Origin: Eledone cirrhosa
Taxonomy: Eukaryota
Assembly (NCBI GenBank): GCA_964016885.1
Contig: OZ024743.1
Span: 317,006,001-317,070,000, forward strand
DNA length: 64,000 nucleotides
Direction of reading: 5' to 3'
Shown here: piece after piece, positions 25,441-38,044 of the stretch
Numbering within the stretch: position 1 is the stretch's first letter
Layout: every line of letters begins with the position of its first letter
Position numbers and translations under genes: made by a program
The notes under the pieces: model-generated
Database searches by the model: none
Seen by the model: the letters and a program-made list of their open reading frames with translations, nothing else
Told to the model about the DNA's origin: nothing

Positions 25441-26080
25441 ATCAAAATTTGTACATCTTTACAAATCAATTAACAAATTATTATTAATCATAATTGTTTC
25501 TACTTTAGGCACAAGGCCAGCAATTACCCAGTGCATTACTGGTACTTTATTTTATCGACCCCGTAAGGATGAAAGGCAAAGTCAACCTCGGCGGGATTTG
25601 AACTCATAATAATGCTTTTATAGCCCTGGTACCCATAAATAATTCTTCAAATGAGATGTCTGTTTACAGTGTGTATGTGATCAGTGTTTACTACTCACTG
25701 TTTAAGGATTAGTTCACCTTGTGGTTGATGTTAGGACAGGTATCCGGCCATAGAAACCAAGTCAAAATACAGATCCATATGAGCAAAACATCGTTACCTG
25801 ACCTGAATTGTCACATGACGAGGCAAACCTTCTAACCCATGCAAGTGTGGAAAATGTATGTTAAATGATGATGATGATAAACACTAATATAAACAGTTTC
25901 AGTGGTTTCAGGTGATTTGGCATTAAAAAGGTTAAACAGAGCATTTATTTATTTTAAAAATTATAGATCAAGATTATTTTAATATAATTTTCTGAACATC
26001 TTGTTCATACGAAGATACTGAGTTAAATCATAGCTAAAAGATTTGTGTGTGTGTGTAATATATATATATATATATATATA

Positions 26081-26525
26081 TATAAACGTTTGAATATGTG
26101 TAATAAGGCCAAAACAATGCAGTTATGGACATAGAAAAAGGAATGCAATAGTGAAAGATATTGATGAGAATTCGTCTTTCACCTTGAATTTATTTAAATG
26201 TCCTTAATTTTCGAGATAATATCTCTTCTTCGGAGGGAAGTAAAGGTCTCAAACCAGCGTCTTTAAATCTCTAGCCAAGCCATGGCTTGGCTAGAGATTT
26301 AAAGACGCTGGTTTGAGACCTTTACTTCCCTCCGAAGAAGAGATATTATCTCGAAAATTAAGGACATTTAAATAAATTCAAGGTGAAAGACGAATTCTCA
26401 TCAATATCTTTCACTATTGCATTCCTTTTTCTATGTCCATAACTGCATTGTTTTGGCCTTATTACACATATTCAAACGTTTATACCTCATTACACAATGC
26501 TTCAAGTGAACTATAACCTCCTCCT

Positions 26526-26530
<5 letters not shown>
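26081..26530 (+). mobile_element. Perfect 404-bp palindrome with hammerhead-like core and tail, family B
   Basis: 26081-26484 is self-complementary about gcca|tggc (26282/26283) with no mismatch found by eye; tail has TGCTTCA (26498-26504); (TA)n on both sides. Confidence 0.75.
26327..26364 (+). ncRNA. Variant or degenerate hammerhead-like motif
   Basis: tccct CCGAAGA a gagat-att-atctc GAAA at TA agga, then AATAAA; U4C core change, an extra A, and very short stems I and III. Confidence 0.4.
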
Positions 26531-26566
<36 letters not shown>

Positions 26567-26569
<3 letters not shown>

Positions 26570-27482
26570 TCATCATCATCATCACCGTTTTACGTCCGTT
26601 CTTCCACGCTAGCATGGGTTAGACGGGTTGTCCTGTTGTGGGCAGTGTCTGGTCGGCTGACCATGCCTTGCTCATACAGGAACTGATCTGGCTTGATTTC
26701 TACAGCTGGATGCCCTTCCTAACACCAACCTCATTTACAGTGAGTGCTGGGTGCTTTTTCGTGGCGCCTACACGTCCACTTTACAGTGTGGGCTGGGTGC
26801 TTTTTTGCCGTGGCACCTCCACGACCACCTTGCGGTGGGGGGGGGGGGGGGGGCATATTGTTTATATGCTTCAGCATGTACCCATGGGAGGTCGGGTACC
26901 CTGTATTACTGCGTGACGCCAGAAGTCACGGTCGTGTGTCATTGACTTTGAGAGGTGTAGTTGGGTAAGGTCGGCTTTTATCACCTCATCCCAAGTCATC
27001 TTGGGTCTCCCCACTCCGCGGTTTCCATCAACTTCTAGTGCTCTGCACCTTTTTATGCAGCTGTCATCCTTCATACGCATCACATGTCCATACCAGCGTA
27101 ACCGCCTCTCCTGCACGCAGCATTTGATTCCTCTTATGCTCAGTCTCTCTCTCAATTCATTTATGCTTTGTCGTTCACGTATATTACTGTTACACATCCA
27201 TCGGAGCATGCAGGCTTCGTTTCTCTCTAATCTACGTAAGTCTTCCACCTTCAGCGCCCAGGTCTCACTACCATGCAACATCGCTGTTCGGATACACGCA
27301 TCATACAGTCTGCCTTTCATTCTGAGGGAGAAGCCTTTTGCAGCTAGCAGTGGTAGTAGTTCCCTAAACTTCTTCCATCCCGTTCTTACCCTAGTTATTG
27401 TACTTTCTGAGCACCCACCTCCGTTGCTAATTCGGTCACCTAGGTAGCAGAAGCTGTCTACTGTTTCTACAGGGCCCTCCCT
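26567..27482 (-). mobile_element. 5'-truncated RTE LINE, intact reading frame
   Basis: ORF 26871-27548: FCYLGD, AMLHGSETW, RRLRWYGHVMRM, GRPKMTW; (ATC)n tail; very similar to 2793-3705. Confidence 0.95.
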
Positions 27483-30247
27483 ATATAATGTCAAAATATA
27501 GCAGACAAAAATAAAGTATAAGCAGATTAAAAATTTGCATAAGCACAAAAGATAAGGTTAATAGTCCAGCCAACACACTGTTTTAATCTTATGCCTATAT
27601 AAAAGTTTAGACCAAAATCACGCAAGTGAAGTTGTTGGTGTGTGCATGTGATCACATACATATAGTCTTTATGAGATTTTGCATAGGTTTTGTTTACCTA
27701 ATTTCACTCATAAGGTTTGGAAGGATAACCTAACTCAATGGTAGAAGATCCTTGGTGAAGATACCAGGTATCTAGCAGTATTTTACATACAACTATGATT
27801 GGAAAGTAAACTTTTAAGCTATTCATGTGCTTGGAATTCTTAACTACACAGTCACATCTGCCACTTTTATCTAATTTAAAAATCCTATTTTATATTTTTA
27901 AAAAAATTGCATAGACTTCATTAGGCAATTGTTATAGAATCAGAAAAAATACAGCAACAGCTGTTTTAAGATCATTTTTTCCTTGCTAAAGCTGGGTTTA
28001 GCCTTGCTGGCCCAATGACAAGCTTACTCCATTTTGACCTATCATCCACATCCCATCTTCATTAACCCCTTCACTTTCATTTCCTCCTTCATCATCTTTA
28101 GTCATGTCTTTCTTGGTTTTCCCCTACCTCTACTTCAGTCATGGGCAAACTGTGGCCTGTTTTGGCTTTCTGAATGGCACACCTAATTTCAAAATTGCCT
28201 TGAATTTTTTTAGTAGTGCGGCCCACTTCATGATGAGCCACATCATATGAAGCCCACTGCCTTTTTTGGCTGCCTATGTTGCTCTACTTCCTTCCACATT
28301 CATTTCAATCACTCCTCTTACCCAGTCACATATCATCAATATACTTTATACTCTGATTTCAAATCCTGCTGAGGTTAACTTTACCTTTCATTCTTCCAGT
28401 GTTAGTTGATAAAATGAGGTACTAGACCAGGGTGGTAGATTCACTAGAGGGATGAGCAAAATGCTTTGCAGTATTTATTCCAGTTCTTTACATTTTGAGT
28501 TTATTTGCAATGACCCTGATGCCAAGCTGTGTCAGCCTTGCCTTTCCCTAAGGACAAAATCAGTGGTACAGAGAGGGGGGGGGGGTTGTCTTACTTTTAA
28601 ATATATATTCACCATAGTCACATCTCATAAATATCTATTCACCATAGTCACATAAAAATATTTTCTCTAAAAAAAAGTCTAAAGTTTGTCTCAAGCCCAG
28701 AGACTCATCAGATTGGTGCTTATCTCAGTTTCCATGGCATAAAGCAGCTCGGAGTACAAGATTTCCCCCATTGCAGGGTTAAAACCTCCAGCTATTGCTT
28801 GTACTCATTTTCAGCTGAGTATACTGGAGCAATGTGAAAGGAATCAAACCCACAATATCTTGATCGTAAGTCATACATCCTTACCACTAGGCCATGTGCC
28901 TCCACATCATTTTCTCTAGGAGTAAAGTATTTGTAGAATCAACTCACTCAACCTTAATACACACTTCTTTCTTTAAATCGATCAACAAGATCCTGGACCT
29001 CATTCACTTACCAAGTGCGGTGGAACTTGTCACATCAGATCAAGGAAACAATGTTTCCATAGGTCTTTTCATTGCTGACTATCTACCAGTTGCAACTCCT
29101 GGCAGAAAGAGCAATGAGAAATAAAGTGTCTTGCTCAAGGACCTAATGCATCACCCGGTCTGGGAATCAAACTCACAACTGGGAATCCAATTCTCTAACA
29201 ACTAAACCATGTGCCTTCACACTAAAAAAAATGAAATTGCCTCATCTATCAATACACCCTCTCTTTCTGGATGTTACCTTGAGTTACGTTCTTTTGTTGG
29301 ATACAATTAGCTTGTCACATAGCACATTAAATTTTGGGTACACCCCTTGACTATATTAAGAATATTCTTGAAGCTTTTGATCACATGACAGCAGATTATA
29401 GAAATAGACAAAAACTATAAGCTAGCAGAGGGGTCTTAAAAATCTTTCCCAAATCCATATCAGTCAGATTCCTATGCATCCCTTTTTATTCCTGCCAACT
29501 AGATATCTCATTTTGATTTCTCTTCAAGACATGAAGTAATGTGTCTTCTTTAGAAACAACAATTATATTTTCATAAAGGTATTTATTCATTTGGCTCAGC
29601 ATTCATTAATACTCAATCCACATTTTCATTGTAATTCTAAAAAGGTCTAAGGCTCATCAGGCTGGTGCTTATCTCAGTTTCCATGGCATTAAGTGACTGA
29701 GAGTACAAGACTGGACAGGACACCAGTCCATCGCAGGGTTTTAACCCTATTGATGCTGGTACTCATTTTCAGCTGAGTAAACTGGAGCAACATGAAATGA
29801 AGTGTTTTGCTCCAGAACACAACACAAAACCCAGTCTAGGAATTGAACCCACAACATTATGATCCTAAGTCCCATGCCCTTATCACTAAGTCACATAATT
29901 AATGTTGGATATTTTCTGTTTATAACTTTTAGAACATAGTAATGTTATATTAACCTTTAACATCATCATTGTTTAACATCCATTTTTCCTGCTAGCAAGG
30001 GTTGGACTTGTCACATATCAATCAGTACTCTAACTCCTAGGTGGACCAGTGACCCGACATATAAGGAGACACTCTACCAAGTGTGTTTTATCACGGGACC
30101 AATAATATCCTTGGCATAGCTAAAGAGTGTTCCTGGCCCTTTATGTGTCAGGTGTTCTAAGCTGGATGCCCTACTTATAACCAACCACTTTACAGCAGTG
30201 TACTGTGTGATTGTTTATCATATAGATCACCAACACTGTATATAGTA

Positions 30248-30249
<2 letters not shown>

Positions 30250-30285
<36 letters not shown>

Positions 30286-31876
30286 AATTATTGTGTACAG
30301 TGCTCAGGTGCACTACAACTCATCAAAGGTGCATGTATAGTACATAGAATAATGTACAAATGTCAGGAAAATAAACAGTGTATGAGTCATGATATAATAA
30401 CAATAACAAAATATTGTGCACAGTGCCCAGGTGCACCACAACTCATCAAAAAAGTGCATGTACAGTACATAGGGCAATGCACAAACATCAGTAAAATGAA
30501 CAGTGCACGAGTCATGATACACACATGTGTGCATGTGTATGGAAGGGGTACATCAGGTGTAGTTTTGGCGTATTTTGGGAAGCATGAGTGTCTTAAAGGA
30601 TGCAGTGTCTCGGCAGCTAACAATTGACGCAGGCAGTTTGTTCCATGCTTCAGCAACTCTGAGCGTGAAAAAATGTCTGCGAAAGTCATGGGAGCTGTGC
30701 TGTTTTCTTATCTTGTAGGCATGTCCACGTGTGTTAGACACATGGAGATCAAAGAGGCGCTCAGGGTTGCAGTTGGCGAGATGGTTAAAAACTTTGTGGG
30801 TATTCACCAAGTCCATTGCCAGACGTCGGAGCTTCAATGAATCCATGCCCAGGGAAGCAAGGCGTTCAGAGTATGGTAGGTGTCTGATGGAGGGTATGCG
30901 CTTGGTTGCACGTCTCTGAACAGTTTCCAGGAGGTCAATATTCCGAGCAAGATAGGGGTTCCAGACTGATGATGCGAATTCCAAGTGTGGTCGCACCATA
31001 GCTGTATACAGTTTTAAATAGATGGCTGGAGAGCGGCTAACAAAGGTCTTGCTGAGTGATGCCAAGACACCCTCGGCCTTCTTGACAATCTTAGAGACAT
31101 GCTTTGTCCAACGCAAATCGTTGCTGACAGTAATGCCCAGGTCACGTTCACAAGAGGACTTTTTGATGTCAGTGTTGTGGAGGGAGTATGTGGACGCTGG
31201 ATTTTTCCTTCCAAAATGCATGGTGGTACACTTGTCCACAGCCAGCTTCAGTTGCCAGTCTGTGATCCATTGCTGCATTGTGTCCAGGTCTGATTGTAGG
31301 AAAGAGTTGTAAATTTCAGGATCAGTCCTTTTGATTTTAAGGTACAGCTTGATGTCATCTGCATATTTTAGTACCGTGGCATTCTGTAAGTTGGCATCTA
31401 TGTCATTAATATATGCCACAAACAAAAGAGGACCAAGAACAGATCCCTGTGGTACACCAGATGACATCTCATATGGTGAAGAATGCTGTCCTAGAACCGT
31501 GACTACTTCCTTTCGGCTGAGAATGAAGGATTTCAGCCAGTCGAAAAGATCATCCCTCACACCCATTGCAGAGAGTTTTGCCATAAGTCTTTTGTGTGGC
31601 ACAGAATTAAAAGCCTTAGCAAAGTCAAGGTAAACAACATCCACCCATGAGCCACTGTCAGTGATCCGGGTGATGTCCTCAAGAAACTCGATAAGCTGAT
31701 CACAGCAGCTGGAGTTAGGGATAAATCCAAACTGTGAGGGCCGGATGAGGCTGTGAGAGCTCCAGAAGTTCCAAAGTGTTTCTCTGACACAGGATTCCAT
31801 CAGTTTGGCCATACAGCTAGTAAGACTGACTGGACGATAGTTGACAGGTGACATGCGGTTGCCCTTTTTGAACAGG
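30250..31876 (-). mobile_element. 5'-truncated CR1-type LINE with (TTA)n tail
   Basis: 433-aa intact RT ORF; 3' UTR with a duplicated ~126-bp unit; (AAT)n at 30250-30282 on the plus strand. Confidence 0.95.
30553..31854 (-). CDS. CR1-type reverse transcriptase (truncated ORF2)
   Basis: NYRPVSLTS, QFGF, VVYLDFAKAFNSVPH, SGVPQGSVLGPLLF, YADD, ERDLG, LETVQRRATK, NTRGH, RVAEAWNKLP. Confidence 0.93.
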   Translation of the reverse strand: MSPVNYRPVSLTSCMAKLMESCVRETLWNFWSSHSLIRPSQFGFIPNSSCCDQLIEFLEDITRITDSGSWVDVVYLDFAKAFNSVPHKRLMAKLSAMGVRDDLFDWLKSFILSRKEVVTVLGQHSSPYEMSSGVPQGSVLGPLLFVAYINDIDANLQNATVLKYADDIKLYLKIKRTDPEIYNSFLQSDLDTMQQWITDWQLKLAVDKCTTMHFGRKNPASTYSLHNTDIKKSSCERDLGITVSNDLRWTKHVSKIVKKAEGVLASLSKTFVSRSPAIYLKLYTAMVRPHLEFASSVWNPYLARNIDLLETVQRRATKRIPSIRHLPYSERLASLGMDSLKLRRLAMDLVNTHKVFNHLANCNPERLFDLHVSNTRGHAYKIRKQHSSHDFRRHFFTLRVAEAWNKLPASIVSCRDTASFKTLMLPKIRQNYT

Positions 31877-32678
31877 TGATAAGAGGTTTCTATTTATACA
31901 GTTTTCCTTGCTTGTTATTTAAGAAACTGTTTTGCTGATTTTCCACTCTCAAACAGTTTTGCTACATACATATGAGTAAGATGTAGTCTCCTGACCTGAA
32001 TTGTCTCATAATGTGACAAGCCGTCTAAACCATGCAAGCATGGAAAATGGTCGTTAAACGATGATGATTTATATACACACATACGTATATCTTCACCACT
32101 GTTGGACAGGTTACTATGTTGAGACAAATCAGATCAAGTGACTATGTCTAGCTCATACGGATCTGTATTTTAGTTTGGTTTCTATGGCTGGATGCCCTTC
32201 CTAACACCAATCATGATACAGTCTGGACTGGGTGCTTTATATTGTAGCACCAAAACAACCACCTAATAAAGTGTACTGGGTGCATTTTCATCATGGTACC
32301 AGCACAACCACCTAACAGAGTAGACTGAGTACTTTTTTGTTGAGTCACCAACACAACTGCCTTACAAGGTAGATTGGTGCTTTTGTTGTTGAGTTACCAA
32401 CACAACCACCTAACAGGGTGGACTAGATGCTCTTTATTGTGGCAGGCCCCTAGGAGGGCAGGTGTGGACCATATCCAGCTTTCCATGCACATAAATGTGT
32501 TGGACTGGAAATATATAGCAGGTGTGTGGTGGAGTACATCATCATCAGTTAAACATCTAATTCACACACTCCCAGGGCAGATAGGCTGTCATGCTCTGAG
32601 ACTAGACCAGACAGGAGACCATGTCTAGTTCATACACTTTGTTTTTGTTTCTCTATGTTGGCATAGACTGGATGGAAT

Positions 32679-32720
<42 letters not shown>

Positions 32721-32819
32721 ATTCCATCCAGCCCATTATATATATATATATATATATATATCTTATATATAATAAATAAGAGAGACGGTTTTATTCATAC
32801 ATCTTCATTTTATTATCTA

Positions 32820-32892
32820 ATTCATTATATGTATTTCAAAGATACAAAGGTAGTTATATAATAACCACCTTACACGTTTTCTTCAGATGAAT
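32820..32892 (-). ncRNA. Type I hammerhead ribozyme (minus-strand arm)
   Basis: Reverse complement reads attcat CTGAAGA ...aaggtggtta-ttata-taactacctt... GAAA tacata TA atgaat. Confidence 0.75.
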
Positions 32893-32984
32893 CAAGTTGT
32901 GTTTTTCTATTCATTGATATGTTACTGGTTTAACGTGTCATTAACCTTGCAGTAGCATATCAATGAATAGAAAAACACATCTCG

Positions 32985-33057
32985 ATTCATCTGAAGAAAA
33001 CGTGTAAGGTGGTTATTATATAGCTACCTTTGTATCTTTGAAATACGTATAATGAAT
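32985..33057 (+). ncRNA. Type I hammerhead ribozyme with palindromic stem III
   Basis: Stem I attcat/atgaat (6 bp perfect); CTGAAGA 32991-32997; stem II aaggtggtta/tagctacctt; GAAA 33040-33043; ATACGTAT palindrome; predicted cleavage after 33051; AATAAA at 33063. Confidence 0.85.
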
Positions 33058-34049
33058 TAGATAATAAAATGAAGATGTATGAATAAAACCGTCTCTCTTA
33101 TTTATTTTACTAAAACTCCAGGCAATACTTTACAAAGAACATCCTAAGGAATACAAATGGTAGAGTGCTTCACATCTGTTTATGAAAAGGTCGGCAGATG
33201 TTTGATCAACCAACTTTCATCAACTAAATAATATATATATATTGTGAGAACTGATTTCAAATTGCTGAGACTCACAGAGGAGATGACGAAGGAATGCAAT
33301 GAATGGAGAGATGCTGTACTGAAAAGAACCCATCTAACCCATGCAAGCATGGAAAAGTGGACATAAAAACGATGATGATGATGTGTATTATGAAGTGGTA
33401 TTTAGTTAAACACAAACTATTTTCAGATATGTTTAGAGCAGGGACCCCAAAGGGAATCAATTGGATTTTTGAGTCAAAACCTGACATTTGTATAAGAAAT
33501 GAAAATAGATAAAATAATGGTTTCTGATTTAGGCACAAGGCCAACAATTTAGGTGGAGAAGGAAAGTTGATTAAATTAATGCCAGTGCATTACTCATATG
33601 TGAAAATGTTGATGACGATATATATATGTGTGTGTGTGTGTGCGCACACACACAAATGCATATGTGTAGTTATATTAATAAACACAAAAATGCATACATG
33701 TGTATTAGATCCATAGATGTGGTTGATAGATTCTGCTACCTAGTTGATATAATTAATAGTGAAGGAGGGTGAGGGTGCTCCGAGACCATAGTAACTAGAA
33801 TAAGGATAGGATGGAAGAAGTTTAGTGAAACACTCCCTCTATTGACAACAATTATATATATATCTATAAACATATATATATACATACACACGCATATATA
33901 TATATATATATGACTATATACATATATACACCCCACATACATATATATACACACATACATGCACATATACATATGTATATACATACACATATACATGTAT
34001 ATATATATAAATACACATTTATATATATATATTTGTATATATATATATA

Positions 34050-34335
34050 TCATCATCATCATCATCACCGTTTTACGTCCGTTTTCCACGCTAGCATGGG
34101 TTAGACAGGTTGTCCTGTTGTGGGCAGTGTCTGGTCGGCTAACCTTGTCTTTCTCATACAGGAACTGATTTTGGTTTGGTTTCTACAGCTGGGTGCCCTT
34201 CCTAACACCAACCTCATTTACAGTGAGTGCTGGGTGCTTTTTTTCCGTGGCACCTACACGTCCACTTTACAGTGTGGGCTGGCTTTTTTTTTTTGCAGTG
34301 GGAGGGTGTGGGGGCATATTGTCTATATGCTTCAA
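34050..34335 (-). mobile_element. RTE 3' UTR-only copy
   Basis: Matches 2793-3090. Confidence 0.85.
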
Positions 34336-35143
34336 TTATATTTTATATATATACTTATATATACTTATATATATATATATAAGTATATATATAAAATATA
34401 AAATATAAGTGACATAGTCACTACTTTAAAATTGATAGCAAATAGTCTTCTAAATGTTTTTAATTAAACATATGGTATATTGCCAAATATACTATACATA
34501 CATGTATATATATAACCAACATATTTCCTATTAACCCAAAAAAGGCTACCACTTTACCACTTTGTATATATAATTTAGCAAGATATTTCTGTGTCAACTT
34601 CCACTTGATGGCACCATCCATCTGATATTAGATATGATGAGACGATGAAAGGAGGAAAGAACTGCTAATATTATTGTAATCAGTGAAACAACCAACCAGA
34701 GACGAGAGGGAAAAATCTGTTGTTAGTCTCTTGGGAGCAGAGTGGTGGAGGGGTGGGAGATTGCAAACATTCACACATTGACGTAAGCATGGCTGTGTGG
34801 TTAAGGTGTTTTCTTCGTAACTATGTAACGCTGAGTTAAACTAATGCGTGACATTTTGAAGACGCGTGACCTGGTGGTAAAGGTGTTGAACATACGATGA
34901 TAATGTCGTGGGTTCGATTCTTGGACTGGGTTGTGTGTTGCAGGGGCCTCATTTGTCTTATTGCCTTAAAAATGTGAGGGGGACAAACCAATATTTGTTG
35001 ATTCTTAAAGGAGCATAAATTGTTTATGGTGCCTTTCCCAGACCCTATCACATAAGTAAAATTTTATGCTAATTAAATTTTATATAATCAAATGAAGTTC
35101 AGATATAAAAAAAATAAGCTTAAAAAGAATTTATTATATCAAA

Positions 35144-35943
35144 CTAGCATTAAAGCCTGGCGTTGCTCGGGGTCATTAAGTTACCAAAGTTAGGTTGCAC
35201 CACCCATTTTATGGCAGCACTTTTTTGTCTGCCAGGCACTGGGTGAATGAATTGCAGACCTGGAAGCATGAGCTGCGCCAGCAGTGACAATTGTAGTTTC
35301 GCCTATGGATATTATCTCTGTGCAAAAAAGTGTTGAAATTTATTGTTTCACAGTACTTGCGCAACACACGCGTAGACGATGCCAGCCGAACAACAGAGCT
35401 GCGATGGAGTTGTTCTGCATGGTTGTCTGTGTGATTTCTAAATTTAAGACAGTAGGGAGGGTTGTGATATGAGGGAGAGTTAGCTGTTGTTTCTAGCAGG
35501 TTTAGTGACCTCATAGAGGATATGTGTTTTTTAAATTTAAGACAGTAGGGAGTGGTGTGATATGAGGGAGAGTTAGCTGCTGTTTCTAGCAGGTTTAGTA
35601 ACCTCATAGAGGATATGTGTTTTCTAAATTTAAGACAGTAGGGAGTGGTGTGAACGGACAGTATCACCATCAAGCTTGGAAAGAGAAAGTAGCAGAAAGT
35701 ATGAAGTTGTATAGATTTTGAATGGTAGTAGAAAGAGTTCAGCAGTTTAAATGAGAGAGAAAAATAGTAAAATATTGAGTTTTATCTATTTTTTGCGTAA
35801 TTGTGGGTGAAATTGAAAAAATTATCTGCGTCAAGACGCAATCGAAACTATTTTGAATACTGAATTGTAAATTTCAATTGAAGAAATTCTATATCGTAGA
35901 TTTCTATAACGAAGGAGCATGACCACACACTGAGCTTTATAGA
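35144..35943 (-). mobile_element. Non-autonomous Helitron
   Basis: Minus strand 5' A|TCTATAAAGC; 3' hairpin ccgagcaacgccagg then CTAG|T; internal ~96-bp tandem duplication at 35435-35650. Confidence 0.75.
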
Positions 35944-36321
35944 TTATGATAAACAAAAAATAAAATATGGACGTTTGAAAAGGTGTGTGTGGGGGGGGGG
36001 GGGTGTCCCCTGGTACCCCCTAAAACAAGGCCGTTGGTGTGTTGTGTTCTTGAGCAAAATACTTAATTTCACGTTGCTCCAGGATACTCAGCTGAAAATG
36101 AGTACCAGCAATAGTAGAGGGTTTAACCATGCGATGGACTGGGATAAGCACTGGTCCGATAAGCTTCAGAGCTGAGACAGACTTAGACCTTTTTAGATGT
36201 GACACTTTGAGTGTCTTTTACAATAACTTCCAGTTGACCAATGTCATGTTGGTGGAATTTCGTACACACACAGGCAGAAGCCCATCGTATTTATACATAA
36301 ACACGTGCAAACACATACATA

Positions 36322-36766
36322 TGTAGAGAGATCTATCCACGCATTGAACCCCGGGTGACACCTAAAAGTCAAATTTTAGGGCACCATCCTTTTCGGTGCG
36401 GACAGGTTCATGCGTGGGCGATCCCTCGAGGTGGGGGAGACAGAAAGCGACAGGTATATAAAGCCTGTATCATCCAACGTTTGACACAGAAAGATCGGAG
36501 CAGTACGCTATAGACAAGCTTTGTAAAGATTCACCGCTACCAACGTCGAGGTCTACAGACAACCACAGACCATTACTCTCTCTCTCTCTCCTGGTCTCAG
36601 ACTACACCAGCCTCATGAACCTACAACAAAATAACATCAACCTTCGCGACTCGTGGTAATTTATTTATTGTTCTTTTTGACTGAAGTGAAGTAAACCTTT
36701 TTATATATAAAGTAAATCAGCTATTCTTGTTATTTCATCTACCTTCATATAATACTCTTCGTTACA
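36322..36766 (+). mobile_element. Probable solo LTR
   Basis: TGTA...TACA termini, TATA-like ggtatataaag near 36453, raised GC/CpG content, located between CA/TA microsatellites; TSD not resolvable. Confidence 0.45.
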
Positions 36767-37576
36767 CACACACACACACGTGTGTGTGTATTTACGTGCG
36801 TCCGTATCTGTGTTTACGTTTGTGTCTCGACAAAAAAAGAAATCGATAAAACAAATACCAGGCTTGAAAAAAATTAGTAGTGGGGCTGAGGATCGATCGA
36901 TATGATCGACTCAAACACCTCTAAGTCGGCGGGTGTCCCAGCACGGCGAAGGTTTAATGACTGAAAACCGTAAAAGAATAAATTCTCACATTTAACGGAA
37001 AAACAACCAATCGTAGTGGGAGAAATCTCTTGTTAGTCTTGATAACTTTATTTATTGTATTTTGTAGTGTTACCGAACTGGCTCTTTGATTTTTCTTATA
37101 AACACATTATAGACGGCGAAATGTCATGGGAACGTCAGAGAGAATGTTTAGTAGGATGAGTTCTGACTGTGTGTTCTAAGTTCAAATAAAAGTCTTTATA
37201 GGCAAAAAAAAAAAAGAAATTATAGAATATTTTCTTAATATAATTACACTGCATTATCTATATATATTTGCATTTTCTTAAAGTGTAAATAATGTTTTCC
37301 GAACAAATACTCCTTTTTGAATAAAAACGCAATTTATGTAATGAATATGGTTTCCAAAATAAACAAAATTTTAGAAATTACTCAGAGTAATAAAAACAGA
37401 CTTAGACTTGCACATTCAAGAATGTTCGTGTTTTCCTCTAAATATTTTTAAAGCAAGACAAGTACCAAGAGCATCACCCGATACTTCAGTAAAGTGAGCT
37501 GCCAACCGATAAGGTCAGAACCCTTGTTTTTAGTGACCCTGCTCCCTGAATTTTTTAAATGTCATAGACCGAAAAG

Positions 37577-37638
<62 letters not shown>

Positions 37639-37938
37639 AAGGCGTGTAAAATTCCCGAGATCCATGGACGAGTTCTCTCCAGCGGTCTCTGTCCCTCATT
37701 ATCGCTGCCATGTCCTGCGTCTCCAACAGACCAGTGTCTGTCCTTAGGGCATCAACATACGTTAACCTTGGTCTTCCTCTTCTAGTGTGTCCATGTATAT
37801 ATGACAGAGAGAGAGAGGGGGGAGTATAAACTCAACCGCGACGCCAAGAAAGGTGTACACTTACCTCTATTCTCACTCCGCCTCTTCCCATTCATAAAGT
37901 ACTCTCCTATTTTGTGGTCTCCCCGATCTCAGCAGACT

Positions 37939-38044
<106 letters not shown>

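Larger units (their letters stand above)
32771..33228 (+). mobile_element. Palindromic hammerhead-bearing element, family C
   Basis: 157-bp arms 32771-32927 and 32950-33106 with about 5 mismatches; tail with ACTCCAG and GAGTGCTTCA (33163-33172); flanked by (TA)n. Confidence 0.8.

Noticed and set aside
25388-25441. ORF-track N-terminal extension MIFCCFFFQQICC
   Set aside because: Non-ATG start lying in a polypyrimidine tract and splice acceptor; the first ATG is at 25387
35209-35673. 154-aa ORF with internal repeats
   Set aside because: Arises from a 96-bp tandem repeat inside a non-autonomous Helitron; no Rep or helicase motifs
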